Of a stretch of DNA of 64,000 nt, positions 25,554 to 40,272 are shown piece after piece (the first letter of the stretch is position 1; each line of letters begins with the position of its first letter). The DNA is from Octopus vulgaris (taxonomy: Eukaryota). Both the position numbers and the translations under genes were made by a program. Below the pieces are notes generated by a model. It ran no database searches and had not been told where the DNA came from. It was given only the letters and a program-made list of their open reading frames with translations. The stretch spans positions 8,556,001 through 8,620,000 of the forward strand of contig OX597828.1 of NCBI GenBank assembly GCA_951406725.2. The letters run 5' to 3'.

Positions 25554-27974
25554 ATAATCATTCCATGTGACGCTGCACATGTGGCAGATTATAATTTAGA
25601 TTTCCCGCTCATAAACGAGTTAGAAAACTGGTTAGGTTTCATTAGAATACACCATGTCCCTACCGTCTGCCATTGGGTGTACTGATGTCTCGTGCACACA
25701 GAGATACCAGTTAACTTATTGCCTCCCTCTTTTTCAGAATTTTGAGGTAAATAACAAACCTTGTCTTCACGACACTTCCGTTTTATCCATCATAATGTTC
25801 TATATTGTATTTACTACCACGCACTCTCTCTCCTGTGTCCTATACTGAAATGCATATCAGTAATTGCTACAATTCTTAATTATGTGAATTTAAAAAAAAT
25901 AATGCTATCGATTAGACCTTAGTTCGCGCATAAAGATTAATTGGTTTGGAACGTCTTCCAAGTCATTGTCTTAAATATTGCACTGACGGGGGACATCATT
26001 GCTCTTCTGAAGAGAGCGTACTTCTTCAAAGCCTTTTTGTTGTTTTTTTGTTTGTATGTAACCCTATTTTTGCAGCGAGCATCGCTTCTTCTGTCACTTT
26101 CCCCCCAACAGTCTTCAAACTTTCCACCGCTACAGTTTCCTCACCCTATTCACACGCCGACGGAGTAGTGCCAACTAGTGGTTTATGTAGTACGGTTTAG
26201 GGATTACTGCTATTGCTCCTGCCAGGAATGCATTTCTCATTTATCTTCTTACGGTCTACTATTAGTGACAGAATGGGTAACATGGCTTTCGAGGGCCAGT
26301 ACTTGGGACAAATGATGAGACGATTCCCCTGCCAATCCCCAGGCTTTGCCTAGTGGTGATTGTGGAATGGTAGCTTCGGCGCACTATTGATGTCGATTTT
26401 GTATTTTAACTCCCCGAGGCACATACTATCATAAATACATGTTTAGCCTTTCAACCTGAGCCACCAGTATATTTCTTTTTATACGTCTACAAGTCATTTC
26501 TGCATTTAGAAATAGTTAAATCCTGGGAAAGAATTGCGATTTTCAGGTATCATGAGGCCTTGTCAGTACACACTCATATCCATAACTATTTCCTAGTGCA
26601 CCACAGAGACAACAGAATGCCATCTAAGATGCAATGCTTCTAACAGCAATACGTGTGTTGCTCCTATGAAATGTGGTACAAGTATATTGAAAAGGGTGGA
26701 TCTTTCCAATACAACCTGTCATCTGGCGTTGGATTTGATCCCGGAAATCAAGCGCTCTAATCCATTTTACAAAATTCCATATACGATTAATTATTGAATG
26801 GATTATTTTCAATTCATTTATAAAGACCACAGACAATGATTCCTTGTCTATTCTTTCTATATATTTCAAGCCTAGGTACCGTACTTAATTGCAAAAAGAT
26901 GCTCGAATATTCTATAGGCGCATCGAAATTTTAGCAGCACTTCATACAAAAAAAATGGAAAGAAATAACAGAATATTTTAGTATATTCATCTCATTGTAG
27001 TCTCGCTTTCTGCACGAATTTCTATGACTCCCTGTCACTACTATACCTGAGGGGATCGTGAGTATAAAGTCATCAGGCTTGAGTCAGAAAATATTTCATT
27101 ATCTCATTACACAACCTTGGACGCCTGCCTTGTGAGTGCGTTGCAGTTAATCTCTGGACAGAGCTTGTTAATCCTGAACGTGGATCTTCTACGATTCCTC
27201 CGCTCAGCATCAATTGAGCTCTTCTGCTGTCTCCCCACAAACCCTGAAGCTGCCATCCCATGACTTCACCTATTCCCTAGCAGGGTGGTTGAACGGGTGG
27301 TATGCTTTACCAAGGGGCAACCCGCAACTATACAAGGTACGGTCATCACTCCGTAAGGTATTTTCAAAATACCCGTATCATGTAGTGCATTAAAGCATGT
27401 AATATATCTCCAACTCTGCAAGTAGGACCGGGGGCAAGGGTTTTATTCAGACACTCTATAGTAAAATGTATGTCTTTTATCTCATCAAATATGATAAGTG
27501 TAATTTCTACTTTTCTACCATGACAGAAATTCTTTGGGTTAAGTGAAGGAAGTATTTCGTAACTGATTCCATTAAGCAGCATTGCCAAAAGGAAAGTAAC
27601 CAGATCAAGAACCTTCATACTTGATGTAATCATGCGTTAAGAAACTGAGCCTTGGTATAATTGTTATACTTAATGTTATTTTTGAGAGAGATGTATCATT
27701 TTGTCTCTATGCTTTGTTTTACAGTTTTCATTCTTTGTGCATTGTCTGCACAAATATCATTCTTTCTTTTCTTTGTCTGGTGGGCATATTCATTGAATGT
27801 CGTGTAGCTAAACAAATGTTTTCATAATGTCTTTTTCTACCACATAATTATGATAGATAATGGAAAGACATATACAAAAGTGATTAATGATGCCGCGCAA
27901 TAAGACACTTAATGCGAAGTTACAGAAACGTAATAAAATCATTATCGCTTGTCACGTTAGAGAGTGTGACAAGC

Positions 27975-28180
27975 ATAAACACAAACACAGATACATTTAT
28001 ATGCGCGACAGGCTTCTTTCAGTTTCCGTCTACCGAAACCGCATGCAAGCATTTGGTCGGACCGGGGCTATAATGAAAAGAAAACTGAAGGAGGAATTCA
28101 ATGGGACTGAACCTAGAACAATGTGGTTCAGACGTACAATCTTCCAATCTTCTTACCACACATCGACGCCAACGCCTATA
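27975..28180 (-). mobile_element. SINE family A 5' half, degenerate
   Basis: Contains ggcttctttcagtttccgtctacc, gggactgaacc and cttaccacac. Confidence 0.75.
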
Positions 28181-28226
28181 TAACCAGCAACCACAGGAAC
28201 AACAACACCAACATTAATAATAGTGG

Positions 28227-28458
28227 AAGGCGGCGAGCTGGCAGAAACGTTCGCAAACCGGGCGAAATGCTTAGCGGCATTTCTACTGCCACTACGTTCT
28301 AAGTTCAAATTCTGCCGAGGTCGACTTTGCCTTTCATCCTTTCGGGGTCGATTAAATAAGTACCAGTTACGCACTGGGGTCGATATAATCGACTTAATCC
28401 GTTTGTCTGTCCTTGTTTGTCCTCTCTGTGTTTAGCCTCTTGTGGGCAGAAAAGAAAT
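28227..28458 (+). mobile_element. SINE family B, full length
   Basis: AAGGCGGCGAGCTGGCAGAA head with a GTTCAAATTC box B-like motif. Matches 23745-23975. Confidence 0.9.
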
Positions 28459-29537
28459 AATAATATTGGAGGAAATTTTGGGGGAGACGAATTATCAATT
28501 ACATCAACCCCAGTGCTAAACTAGTACTTATTTCATTGACCCGAAAATAATATAAAGCAAATCAACATCGTCAGCATTCGATATCAGAATGCCAGGATAC
28601 ATGCCAAAAAACTTGTGCCCGATTTGCTTATATTGTATAGTGTTGTTCTTTCTTAATTCAATATCCATAGTCGCATTTCAAGAACAAAAGAAAAGCCTTT
28701 GTTAAATGCAGAACACAACAAACTTTCTCTCATTTAGGGTTTCAGAACAACTATCTAGTTCATAGTGAGAAAAAGCTGTCATCTGCATCTAGAAATATGG
28801 AAAAAGTCTTGAATGATATGCTTAACGAGTGCTATAAGCTAGTGCAAATAGAGTATGAAGCCAGGCATGAGTTAGTCTGTAAATGAATGTATTTTCTTCT
28901 AGGTTACCTGGTAGGTTTGGGCTACGGCGGGTCGGAAGCTGTCAGGGTGAATGATAATTATAGGATTTTCTGAGATTTCGCCATATTGCCTGGGAATATG
29001 TTTGAAGTACGGAGTTTGAATAAAATGATGGGTGCAGGAAGAGCTGATATTTCAAGATGAAGTATTTTCACATAATGGAAAGTGATACTCGTAACGTCGA
29101 ATGATAGGTCTTGTTCATATATCAGTTTTAATTTTTGGGGTTGATGTTTCAGTCCCAGCCGGCAACACCTCTCTGAAAACTGAGGACGAAATGCCGCTCA
29201 GAGTTTTCCAGGGGTGCTTAGGACTCTGCCAGTTCGCCTCTTTTTCTCGAGATAAATAGTGATCATTTGTTTCACGGTGATTTTCCTCAATATCTGGTGT
29301 TTATTACGTTGAGTACATCAACACTAACATAATTAATGCTGGCTTTAATTTTTGTATTTTTATTCGCCAACCAAGAAATATTTGCTTCGCTAGTTTTATT
29401 TATATGAGGTTACATAGATAATACTTTCAGATGAGATCTTGCATGGTGTATATCCAATAAAAATTTCAGTGTCTGGCGTTAACTCTAATAAATTATATCC
29501 CTAAACACAAATATTCCTAGAAATCTACCCAGATTTC

Positions 29538-29538
29538 T

Positions 29539-29572
<34 letters not shown>

Positions 29573-29705
29573 CAGTAGCAGTGATGGTGGTCTTCGTCGT
29601 CGTGGCGTCGGTACCCGCAGTGATAGTAGCAGCAGTAGAAGTAGCAGTAGAAGTAGCTGTAGCAGCAGCAGAAGCAGAAGCAGCAATAGCCGCAGCAGCA
29701 GTAGC

Positions 29706-29740
<35 letters not shown>

Positions 29741-29753
29741 CAGCATCAGCAGC

Positions 29754-29796
<43 letters not shown>

Positions 29797-29838
29797 ATTG
29801 TGTTTGTGGTGGTGGTGGTAGTGGTGGTTTGTGGTGGT
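29538..29838. repeat. (GTA)/(GCA)/(GTG) compound trinucleotide repeat
   Basis: Read directly from the sequence. Confidence 0.95.
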
Positions 29839-30522
29839 TGATATTTTGTGTCGTTGCTGAGACTGTGGTGCAATTCGGTTGGAGAAGGTTTCCACGGAAC
29901 TTTTCGTAACATCAGCTTCTCATTGCTCGACGGTTCGAAGCTTATCGATTAGCTCACAATGAATGGGTGAGCCATTATGTCCTACCAGAATCATCAGAGA
30001 AATTTACTTAAAACACATCATATTATCTTGAACTAGGATAATTTAGATAAGTCCTGAGTCTAAACAACTAGGCCTAGACGAGATAGCAAAGGCTTGAAAG
30101 TTTTTAAATAAAGGTTTGTTCAATTTATAGATCACACCTAAGTTTCAAGAGCACCTCTATATTGCATAGGCATTATAAATGAAATTACGAAGAGATCATT
30201 GGTAGTTTGTTTTTAGAAAATACATTACCAAAGAGGTGCGTTCAGAACTTGAATACTGGGACTCCATCGTTCTGTGGTTGCTATCTCATTATAAGACTCA
30301 GTTGTATACAGTCTCATCTTCGGTAGTTCGTTTTTTGAGATGTTTCTAGTGTTGAGAATGTCAATTCTAGGATGATATTCCATGGGCTATTGAGCTCTTA
30401 ACTCACAATGTGTGTTAATGATAAAACTTTTTCCTTAAATATTTAATAAACCAGATTCCGTCATATGCATGTATATATGCTTGAATGTATGTGTGTATGC
30501 ACACATAAAAACACACATATAC

Positions 30523-31130
30523 ACAAGGGGTTCGGACTAAATTCGAAAGTTTGCATGAAAGGAAACAGAACACAATATACCATCCCCACAAAAGTAAAAA
30601 CATTTAAAAATTTCAAAATGTATAGACATAATTAGAGCTGGGAGATAACAGTGTATCTGGAGCATATGCTACTAACTGTGTCCCGGATAGATCTTTATCT
30701 TTGTCATTCGTTATCTTTGTCACCAGCTCGGACTTGGTGTTGCATGAAGATTGCTTGGTGTCTTTCACATAGTAATCTAAGGGATTACTCTCCGGGAAAT
30801 TAGGTAACTGGGGTAATTGGGGTTAGTAAAGTCGCAAAAATTCTCCAACACCCAATTGTGACGCTTTCTGGAAGTATAGCAGAAACCGAATCCTGCTCCC
30901 ACACACATGTCTTTCCAGTACCAATCCTCTCCAGCGAAGGATTGACCACAACCGCCAGAAGTTTCACATAACTGTCTGAATTGAGACTAAGACCCTGATT
31001 ATAAGTTGTTGGATGAATTCCAGCGTGCCATTGCAGCCAGAACGCTTGCTGTTTTTCTTTCACGTGATTACAGCTTTCTAACCTCTGTTGCGTGTGTCCA
31101 TACCACGCCAAACAGCCTTTGCAGTGTTCA
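30523..31130 (-). mobile_element. Decayed Tc1/mariner-superfamily transposase C-terminus (DD37D/maT-like)
   Basis: Translates to GLSLNSDSYVKLL..VV.P.LERI..GK..VWEQDS, followed by ENFCDFT.PN and NPLDYYV remnants. Family assignment is inference. Confidence 0.8.
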
Positions 31131-32444
31131 CTGAGAAATGGACAACAGACACGTCGTCGGTATTTTGAAATCTGGTCTGAATTTTCACGATACAAGTAAA
31201 ACGTATCCAGTAGCAGATGACTTCCCAGACTCGTTGTCAGTTAAATATTTTTCAAGTACATCCTTAATGTATACGTTCTCCAAAGTCGGGAAAGAAAAAG
31301 GAGACGTAGCAATCATCGACTTTATAGCCCGAACATGACTGGGATGATGCGAAAGAAATATTCTGACAATAGAATATAATTCAGACTTCACGGGACTCCA
31401 AGAAAATTCAAGTAGGATCAAATCACATTCACTAATATGATATCCGCATGAGAAATAAATTTAATGAGAGCCGGTAGCTAGCGTATGCATTATAGAGGTG
31501 CGTTGCTCTAGGTTTGCATGGGATAATGAATAACTGAATGTTCGATTATGAATGGCGAAACTTCAGAGTCAACACCCGTTTGCAATTTACGCTTGTAGTT
31601 GTCATTATTTGATTCATTGAGAAATTGCATCTAATGCTAGATTAGAAAACTTAAAAAGATACAATTCATATCTCTTTTCAAGGTACTGTGAGTGAATAGT
31701 AATACCTTAAACGTGAATCGAAATAAGTGTTGGAAATCGACCTCGAAGAATATTAAGATATAGCTTATGGATCATTGAAAATTATTTATATTTCATGACT
31801 ATTTATTTTGTAATAGTTTTAGGAACCATAGACATTCAAGCTTGTTGATCTTAGAAATTTACTTTAATTTTTCTGAAAAATAAGTTCAAATAAGATCCAG
31901 ATACATTTTCTGTTTTCCAACGTTTTGGTTGACTTCTATGAATTCGGTTCCAGCAACTCAATTACTGATGAACAGTTTCTTAAAAAGATATCGTAGCATA
32001 TTAAAGCAATGAAACAGTATAATAGTGTAAATGGCATAAAACAAGGGCTAAATAATTACGACTTTGAAAAGATCACAAGTTTTGAATGTCATCTATGGTA
32101 TTAGAAATCTGAATTGAAGTATTCATACAAGCTTTACAATATCAATTCACTGATCATTTAGCACTGATCTCAGCTTTCCACTGTCTTTTATCATGAAGTA
32201 ATTAATTATAGTTACTAGAAAGAAATATTTAGAAAACAAACTCTTACAAGAAGAAAAGGTAAAAAAAACAAAGCAAACAAACATTACAACAATATAACTG
32301 TGTTTGGTTCCTCTTTATCATGATAGATCGCTTAATCAATTTGCAAGCTTTAAATACCGAACAGGTTAAAAACTCATACATTTTAAAAGAAAACAGTGAT
32401 AAATTTGAACATTGACGGAAAAATAGATGATAGAATGCATACCC

Positions 32445-32445
32445 C

Positions 32446-32488
<43 letters not shown>

Positions 32489-32626
32489 CGTGTACGTATG
32501 TATATATATAAGCATATGTATATATATATATATATATATTTCCATTCATATACATATATGTAAATGTATATACGTATATGATATCTAAATATAAATATGC
32601 GTGCGTGTATGTTTATACATACATAC

Positions 32627-32699
<73 letters not shown>

Positions 32700-32747
32700 T
32701 AGATAGATAGATACATACATACATACATACATACATACATACATACA

Positions 32748-32780
<33 letters not shown>

Positions 32781-32870
32781 GTATATAGATATAGATAGAT
32801 AGATATATACATACATACATATACACACACATATATGTATGTATATATGTATATATATGCATATACGTAT
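32445..32870. repeat. Compound (TA)/(TG)/(GATA)/(GA)/(CATA) microsatellite cluster
   Basis: Read directly from the sequence. Confidence 0.95.
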
Positions 32871-33449
32871 ACGTATTATGAAGGCCCGACATTTTATGAT
32901 TGATTGTGCAGACAATGATTATAAGAAAGAAAATTAAAGTGTACAGTTAATGAATAGCGCGGTAAAACAGCCAATTTGGTAAACTAGAAGAATTAAATAT
33001 TTTATTTGAAAATTGAAATAGAGTTACCAATATATAAATATATAAAAATAATATAAGCATATATATTTACTCCGTTGATACTCTGTGGCTTTCTTTCTAT
33101 TCTACATACACACTATATTTAGGTAAGAGCTAGAAAAATGCCCCATAGTTGAGCCAAATTATTAGGATACACAAATACTAAGGGCCTGTGTGCTCCTTTC
33201 CATATCATGTGGCTTTCTATCTATATTTATGTGTCTTTGAATACATACCTATGTATGTTTAATCCTTTCACATACACACACGCATGCACAAATGCATACA
33301 CACTTGCACGCGCACTCACAAACTTGCACGGACATACGCACGTAATGTATGTGTGTGCCTAAATATGAATACATACATACACACACACACACACACATAT
33401 ATATATGCATACATATATATATATATATATGCATACATATATATACATA

Positions 33450-33505
<56 letters not shown>

Positions 33506-36208
33506 CAAACATATATAAATATATATATACACATATATATATATAAGTATAAGTTTGTGTGTATGTGGGCTTGTGCATACGTTTGATGGAAAGGATTTTT
33601 GTACATGTATCGTAGTTTGTGTCGAATATATAATCACGGAGATTTGTTGTCGATTCTACATCATCAGTTTGTATGAAATTGTACTCAGTCTTTCATCCCT
33701 TCTCCATTTTTGAGAAAATAATTGTCAGTTAAAACGTTTTAAGATGATTTTATTAAAAATTACGTTTTTGAATAAATGTCTCTGCGTAAGTTATTAAAAC
33801 CGATAGGCTCCTAAGGATTTCTGTAAAGAACTCAATCAATATTTCATATCGTAGGAGCGGAAGAATTCTTTTTGTAGAAAAGTAAATAAATAGATAAATA
33901 AATAAATAAATAAATGTTACTCATGCTTTGCTTTATAATGTTAGTATTGGAATGTTGCAAATATGCAATGTTATTCATATTTATTTAAACAGTACTAGAG
34001 AGTCTGTATGCAGTTGTAAATATTTCTTAAGAATTTTCATAAATTTTCTTGTGTTAAACACCAATATATTTAACTTAAGTAAAATCTGAAATGAGTCAAA
34101 CGGAGAATCAAATATGGCACCTGTCGTATATTGTTTAGAAAACTTACGTTGTACATCACTTCGTTCCGGAAAATATGTTATCTGGCACATTTTTACTGAT
34201 GAAGAACAAGGTGTAAATCATTCTAATTAATAATAGATATTTTATTGAAATATGATATTTGAACATGTACATATATTGTCACCTGAAGCTGACTTGCAGC
34301 AAACATGGCATGCCGTGGACCAAGTCGTGAATGGCGACGGAACGGCTTTGGCATGCACAATCAAATTATTGATTTATTAACCGAAGGGTTTATAACATAA
34401 TTGTTTACTTAGTTCGTGTGTATAATACTGATCTAATGTCCCATCCAAGAAAATTTGTTTCACCTCAGAAAATAAATCAAGTACCTTGCAAACGAAATAC
34501 TAATGCTATTTAATACTAAATCAAATACTAAAACTATTTAAATATACTTTCTCTTCTAATGTCCGAAAAAAAATCCCAGTTATGACTGCTACTTGTGTCA
34601 TACCTAGCTTTTGTACAATCGAAATATCGAAATGGGCGCCAAATTTATTTAGGGCGCACATAGAGCTAAACTTATCAGGCAAACTTAATCAGTTTTTCTT
34701 TCCTTTTAAATTCTTAGATCAAATTAAAACGATAGTAATTTTGTCAATAATTGATTTAATTTACATAGAATAAATACCAGACATATGCTGGAGCAGATTC
34801 AATCAATTTTTATACTGTTCATACAACACATAGCCTTGTGCTTACTCAGAATTAATCAATATTTGTTTTATTGTTTCAAAAATTATTTTATCGACGAAGC
34901 TAATCAAGTTTTGAAAATATCCGAAAACTTTTTAGAGTATTCAATTTTTTCTCTCCTTCCTCTTTACTGTTATTTCTCTTTTCCTTTATTGCATTCCTAT
35001 CCCCCTCTTTCTCTTTATTTCTATCAGTCTCTCTCACACCCCACACGTTCTTTCTCTCTCTCTCTTTCTCACCGTGTCCTTTTCCTTCTTTTTAAAAACT
35101 TTTCTTATAATTTTCACTCCACTATTTCTCACTTCATCATTTTCATTTCATTTTCTTCTGTACATCGTTCTCTACATCTCGAAAACTGTCTTCCTACGCT
35201 TTCTTATTTTCCCTCTTTCCTATCAGCGTTACTTTCTTTACTTCAGTTCTTTCTGCCTTACGTTATTTTTTGCTACCATTCTTTATGACTTTATGACTTC
35301 CGAAGAAGTAAAACATTATTGACTAAAGTGTATTTCTAGAAATAAAAATTCACATTACACAAATCAATATTATGGAAATAAATTAATAAGAAACACATAG
35401 AAGAACCAAGCTAAAATATATAAAACTCCAGAAGCTTTTAATATTCATTAATGAAAAAGTTAAGTTCAATTTTACTCCTACATATTTTTCTTCATACATA
35501 TATTTTTCTCTTGCATCACACAATTTCTTCCTTTCTTTATATTTTGATCAAATTTAGTCAAAATTTTAACGGCAACTTTACAGAGAAAATATTTGAAAAT
35601 ATTTATGCTAAGTTTTAGCATTTTCTTTTTATAGAAAATTCCTTAGGGGTGAGATAAATACAACTAACGAAAAATAAAATGAAATGAAATTAAAATTAAG
35701 GTGGTACTTAGTTTGTAAGGTGGGACAATTAGCTATTGGCAGTTCTTCTTAAAATTATACAGAATTCATTATAGGTAAATTGAAATGCCTTAAAGGATTA
35801 CTACCTGAGGAAAATACACACAAATTGGAACAAGCTTTATAAACAATCTCTAAAAGAAAATAAATAAATACACCAGGAAGTAAAACTAGCGAGAAAAATA
35901 AGCTTATAATATATTCACCATTTCATGATTAATGTAAGATGGGTGACTGAGTGTGTAAAGATATATAGCTCTATATTAGCTATTCAATAAATTTTGTGTA
36001 TACTTTTCTTATATTTTGTCTCATCACAGCCACGTACACATCTACAAAACACATATACATACACACGTATGCACATATAGAGAAAAACATACACACACAC
36101 ATACATATGTGCACACATATACACACACGTACGCACACATACATACAAGCAAATAAAGACAAATACACGCACATAAGCATATATGTGGCTAACAATACTT
36201 ACGTATAT

Positions 36209-36385
36209 AAGGCGAAGTGGAAGATTCGTTGGAGCGCCAGAAAAAATGCTAAGCAGAATTTCTTCCAACTTCGCGTTCTGGTTTCAAATTCCCGCGGAGT
36301 CAATTTTTCCTTTCATCCCTTCGAGATCGATTAAGAAAAACGTACCTGTGTTGAGCAGTGGGGTCGATATAATTGACTTTCTCCC
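36209..36385 (+). mobile_element. SINE family B, degenerate
   Basis: aaggcgaagtgg head through ggggtcgatataattgact. Confidence 0.75.
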
Positions 36386-36655
36386 GAAAAGGGTGTTCTG
36401 CGAAAAATTTAAATCTATACACATATATAAATACATACGCACACACATACACATGAATTGGGTGCATTATTAAATAATTGTTTTCACTCAATTCCATATG
36501 GCTTAAAGTTTCTTGACATCATAAGAGGAAATCATGGTAACAGATGTCTTGATATCAATGATATGGATTTGTCCTACGTACAGATGAAACATTAAATCCT
36601 GTGGAACTTAGTGAACATTGTTACACACACACACAGACACACACACGCATATACA

Positions 36656-37075
36656 TACTCTTTTACTCTTTTGCTTCTTTCAGTCATTAGACTGTGGACA
36701 TGCTGGAGCACCGCCTTTAGTCGAGTAAATCGACACCAGGACGTATTCTTTCTGAACCTAGTACTTATTCTATCGGTCTATTTTGCCGAACCGCTAAGTT
36801 ATGGGGACGTAAACACACCAGCATTGGTTGCCAAGCGATGTTGGGGGACAAACACAGACACACAATCATATACACACACATACATACAACATGCTTATAT
36901 ATATAGATATACGACGGGCTTCTTTTAGTTTCCGTCAACCAAATCCACTCACAAGGCTTTGGTTGACCCGAGGCTATAGTAGATGACACCTGCCCAAGGT
37001 GCCACGCAGTGGGACTGAATCCGGAACCATGTCGTTGGTAAGCAAGCTACTTACCACACAGCCACTCCTATGCCT
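36656..37075 (-). mobile_element. SINE family A, full length
   Basis: Matches the other family A copies end to end. Confidence 0.92.
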
Positions 37076-37757
37076 GGATACATACATACATATCCATTCA
37101 CACTTACACAAATATACATGCGTACGCGCGTACATACATTTATACAAGTAATGTAAGCAAAAACACTGCTAATCACTGATATATTTTCCAATACAAGCAC
37201 TATGAAACTAATAATTCAATACTCAAAACTTTTAACATTGAACGTTAGATTCTTCCTCTCTAATATATAAGGCACAGCACTTAATACAGAGGATTCTCTT
37301 TAAATAGTAAAGAGTAAATTAATATAGAGTGCTGAAATGAATTCTGTATAGCGCACAATTACCTGTGACAGATGGCCATTAAATCCATTCAAGCATTTAT
37401 CCCTTCATCTGCTTTATACCTTTGAAAACGGAGATTTGTCTAGGCCACTCTTATTTGATAAAAGGCTTTGGCATACAAGCAGCCACATATTCCTGAAGCA
37501 TGCAGCTGTAAAGCGATATTCTTAACCACACTGTTGTGCAAGCGTTCTTATATAAATTCATTAGATTAACTTTAATACTGACTTGAAATCTAACTTTCAT
37601 AAGCAGATCACAACGACGTAGACGAATTCAATACGTCTTAATCAGCGACTTAAGCTTACATACGGATGTGTGTGTGAGAGAGTATGTGTATGTGGGGTCT
37701 ATGCGTACGTGTGCCTGTGACTGTATGTTGAATAAATATACATATATGTATATATGC

Positions 37758-37820
<63 letters not shown>

Positions 37821-38392
37821 AATATATATATACATACATATAGGTAGCTATATGTAGATATATATATACATGTATATGTATATATACATGCATATGTGTG
37901 TATTGTGTATGTATATATGTACTCTTAAGTATAACATATATAAATATATACATGTGTGTGTTTACATATACATATACATATAAGCACACGAGTGTATACG
38001 TATATTTTGAATGACATATAATTACTATGAATAGTAAACATAATTAGGTATTTTATAGTTACTTAACCGTAATGTAACGAGACAATGCAGAAATATACCA
38101 AGGCAAACTATTTACCGTAGCAATAACGGAGTGTAACTAATAATTAGTTTAAAATCAATTCTAAATTCAAAAGTAAACCCCACAAAATTACAATTGAATA
38201 AAGAAAGCCTTTAATTGGATGTCTAGCAACAATCTTTATGCTGTCTCCTGTAACATGTTTGTTTTAATAATATTTAATGAAAACTATTTAAAGGGAATTT
38301 CTTTATATAATCAATGTGCCTGGTGAAAAGGGGACATGACAACTTCCGATCTTATCATGTACAAAAATATGCATAAGGTACAAGTATCTAGG

Positions 38393-38469
<77 letters not shown>

Positions 38470-38481
38470 GTCTGTGTGTGT

Positions 38482-38776
38482 GAGGCACAATGGCCCAGCG
38501 GAATCGTTGTCGTAGGATCGCGGTTTCGATTCCCAGATCGGGCGTTGTGAGTGTTTGTTGAGCGAAAACACCTAAAGCCCCACGAGACTCCGGCAGGGGG
38601 TGGTGGCGATCCCTGCTGTACTATTTCGCCACAACTTTCTCTCAACCTTTCTTCTGTTGGCCTGCTCGCTTAGCTAGCGGGGTGGCATCATTTGAAGGCT
38701 AAAACAATGTGAAGCGCATTGTGACCAGCGATGTTTAGCAACATCTGATAGCCTGGTCGGTCACGTGATCACGTGG
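38482..38776 (+). mobile_element. SINE family C (tRNA-like head; tail ending CACGTGATCACGTG), flanked by microsatellites
   Basis: GGCACAATGGCCCAGCGG...GGTTTCGATTCCC head. Body shared with 39391-39683, tail shared with 17227-17345. Confidence 0.85.
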
Positions 38777-38790
38777 TATATATATATATA

Positions 38791-40272
38791 TTCGAGGGGT
38801 GATGAAACGTTCGTGGTTTTAAGGGTTCCGCGAAAGGATAGAGCTTTTAAATTTATTGGGGAGGTAGGTTAACTATTCAGGGGAAGTTATGTAAAAATCA
38901 TGGTAGTATTCAATATAGCTTTCTCCCTTTCAAGTTTTTGGTAAAGTTGAAGTATGAATGGTCATGAACTCCCTCTTTTATGCACAGGAAAAGACCAGCA
39001 GAAATCCATGGCGAGATGAAGGTTGTCCTGAAGGATGGCTGCCAAACGGACTTCACAGTGAAAATCTGGGAGTCAAGGTTTCAGACTGGTCATTTCGAGG
39101 ATATAAATAAAAGAACCTCTGTCAGCATAGCCAACTTCCACGACCACAGATAACAAAGCCGACGCTGTGCACGTAATGTCTCTCTACAACTGCCGGATTT
39201 CAGCTAAAGACATTGCTGAGAGTCTGTGGATTTCTCGCCACCACATTCTATACATGAGAAAGCTTTCCGCAAAATGGGTGCCAAATGGCTGAAAGCAGAT
39301 CAGAAGTGCCTCACAGTGACGACATGAAAGGAGATTTTGGACCGGTTTGCGGTGGGAGAGGTTGATTTTATGGCTCATTTAATCACCATGTATTTGTTTG
39401 TTCCTTGTCGAGCCACGCTTGGCTCAGAAGGGCCGGTTTTCCGGTTTCTTTGGCGTATAGGTTCCCCACCTGGACAGGACGCCGGTCCGTCGAGGGTGAA
39501 CGGCAAGACACAGGAAGAAAGAGTGAGAAAAAGTTGTGGCGAAAGAGTCAGCAGAAATTCGCCATTACCTTCTGCTGGAGGCGCGTGGAGCTTAGGCGTA
39601 TTGCTCATAAACACACACATCGCCCTGTCTGAGATTCGAACCCGCGATCCCTCGATCGCAAGTCCGCTGCTCTAACCACTAGGTGCAAATCTGAGGGAAA
39701 TTTTGTTTCCTTGAGATATTTTTTTCCAATAACGAAAAGAGGTAATACTCGAAATTGACATCATGAAATAGGATGGAAACTGACATCATGAATAGGATCC
39801 CCTAACTAAGAAGCGAAGAAGAGGAATCTCAGCCATTCACAGCATCTTAAGATGTTTCTGACGTACACGTTAGCTCGAAAGACGTTGACTTCCATGTTCT
39901 AGAACAAAGACGGAGTATTCTTCATAACATACTTGCCAAGGAGTCACACTATCAGCGCTAAGTACCACATGTCTCTCTTGGAGGAACTGCGTGAAGCTTT
40001 GAAGCAGAAACGCCCTGCAAAAACTGAGCCAACACATCCTATTTTTGCTGGGAAATGCACTAGCATACACAGTATAGGAAACTTTGGTTTAGAAATGGTA
40101 GAGCATCCACCTTTGTTTTAGAGTATTACCTCTTTTCGTTATTGGAAAAAAATATCTCAAGGCAACAAAATTTCACTCAGATTTGCAAGTGATCACTGCG
40201 ACAGAAACTCAGCTTCCTAGTTCTTTTCATAGGGCTTCGAAAAACTGAAGCACCGCTGAAGTAAGTGTGTAA

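Noticed and set aside
27040-27370. GC-richer patch resembling a LINE 5' region
   Set aside because: No diagnostic peptide and no second copy in the window.
34785-35288. 167-aa hydrophobic ORF
   Set aside because: Arises from a CT-rich low-complexity tract; no recognisable motif.
39615-39683. tRNA gene
   Set aside because: The tRNA-like boxes continue into a SINE body and the acceptor stem is missing.
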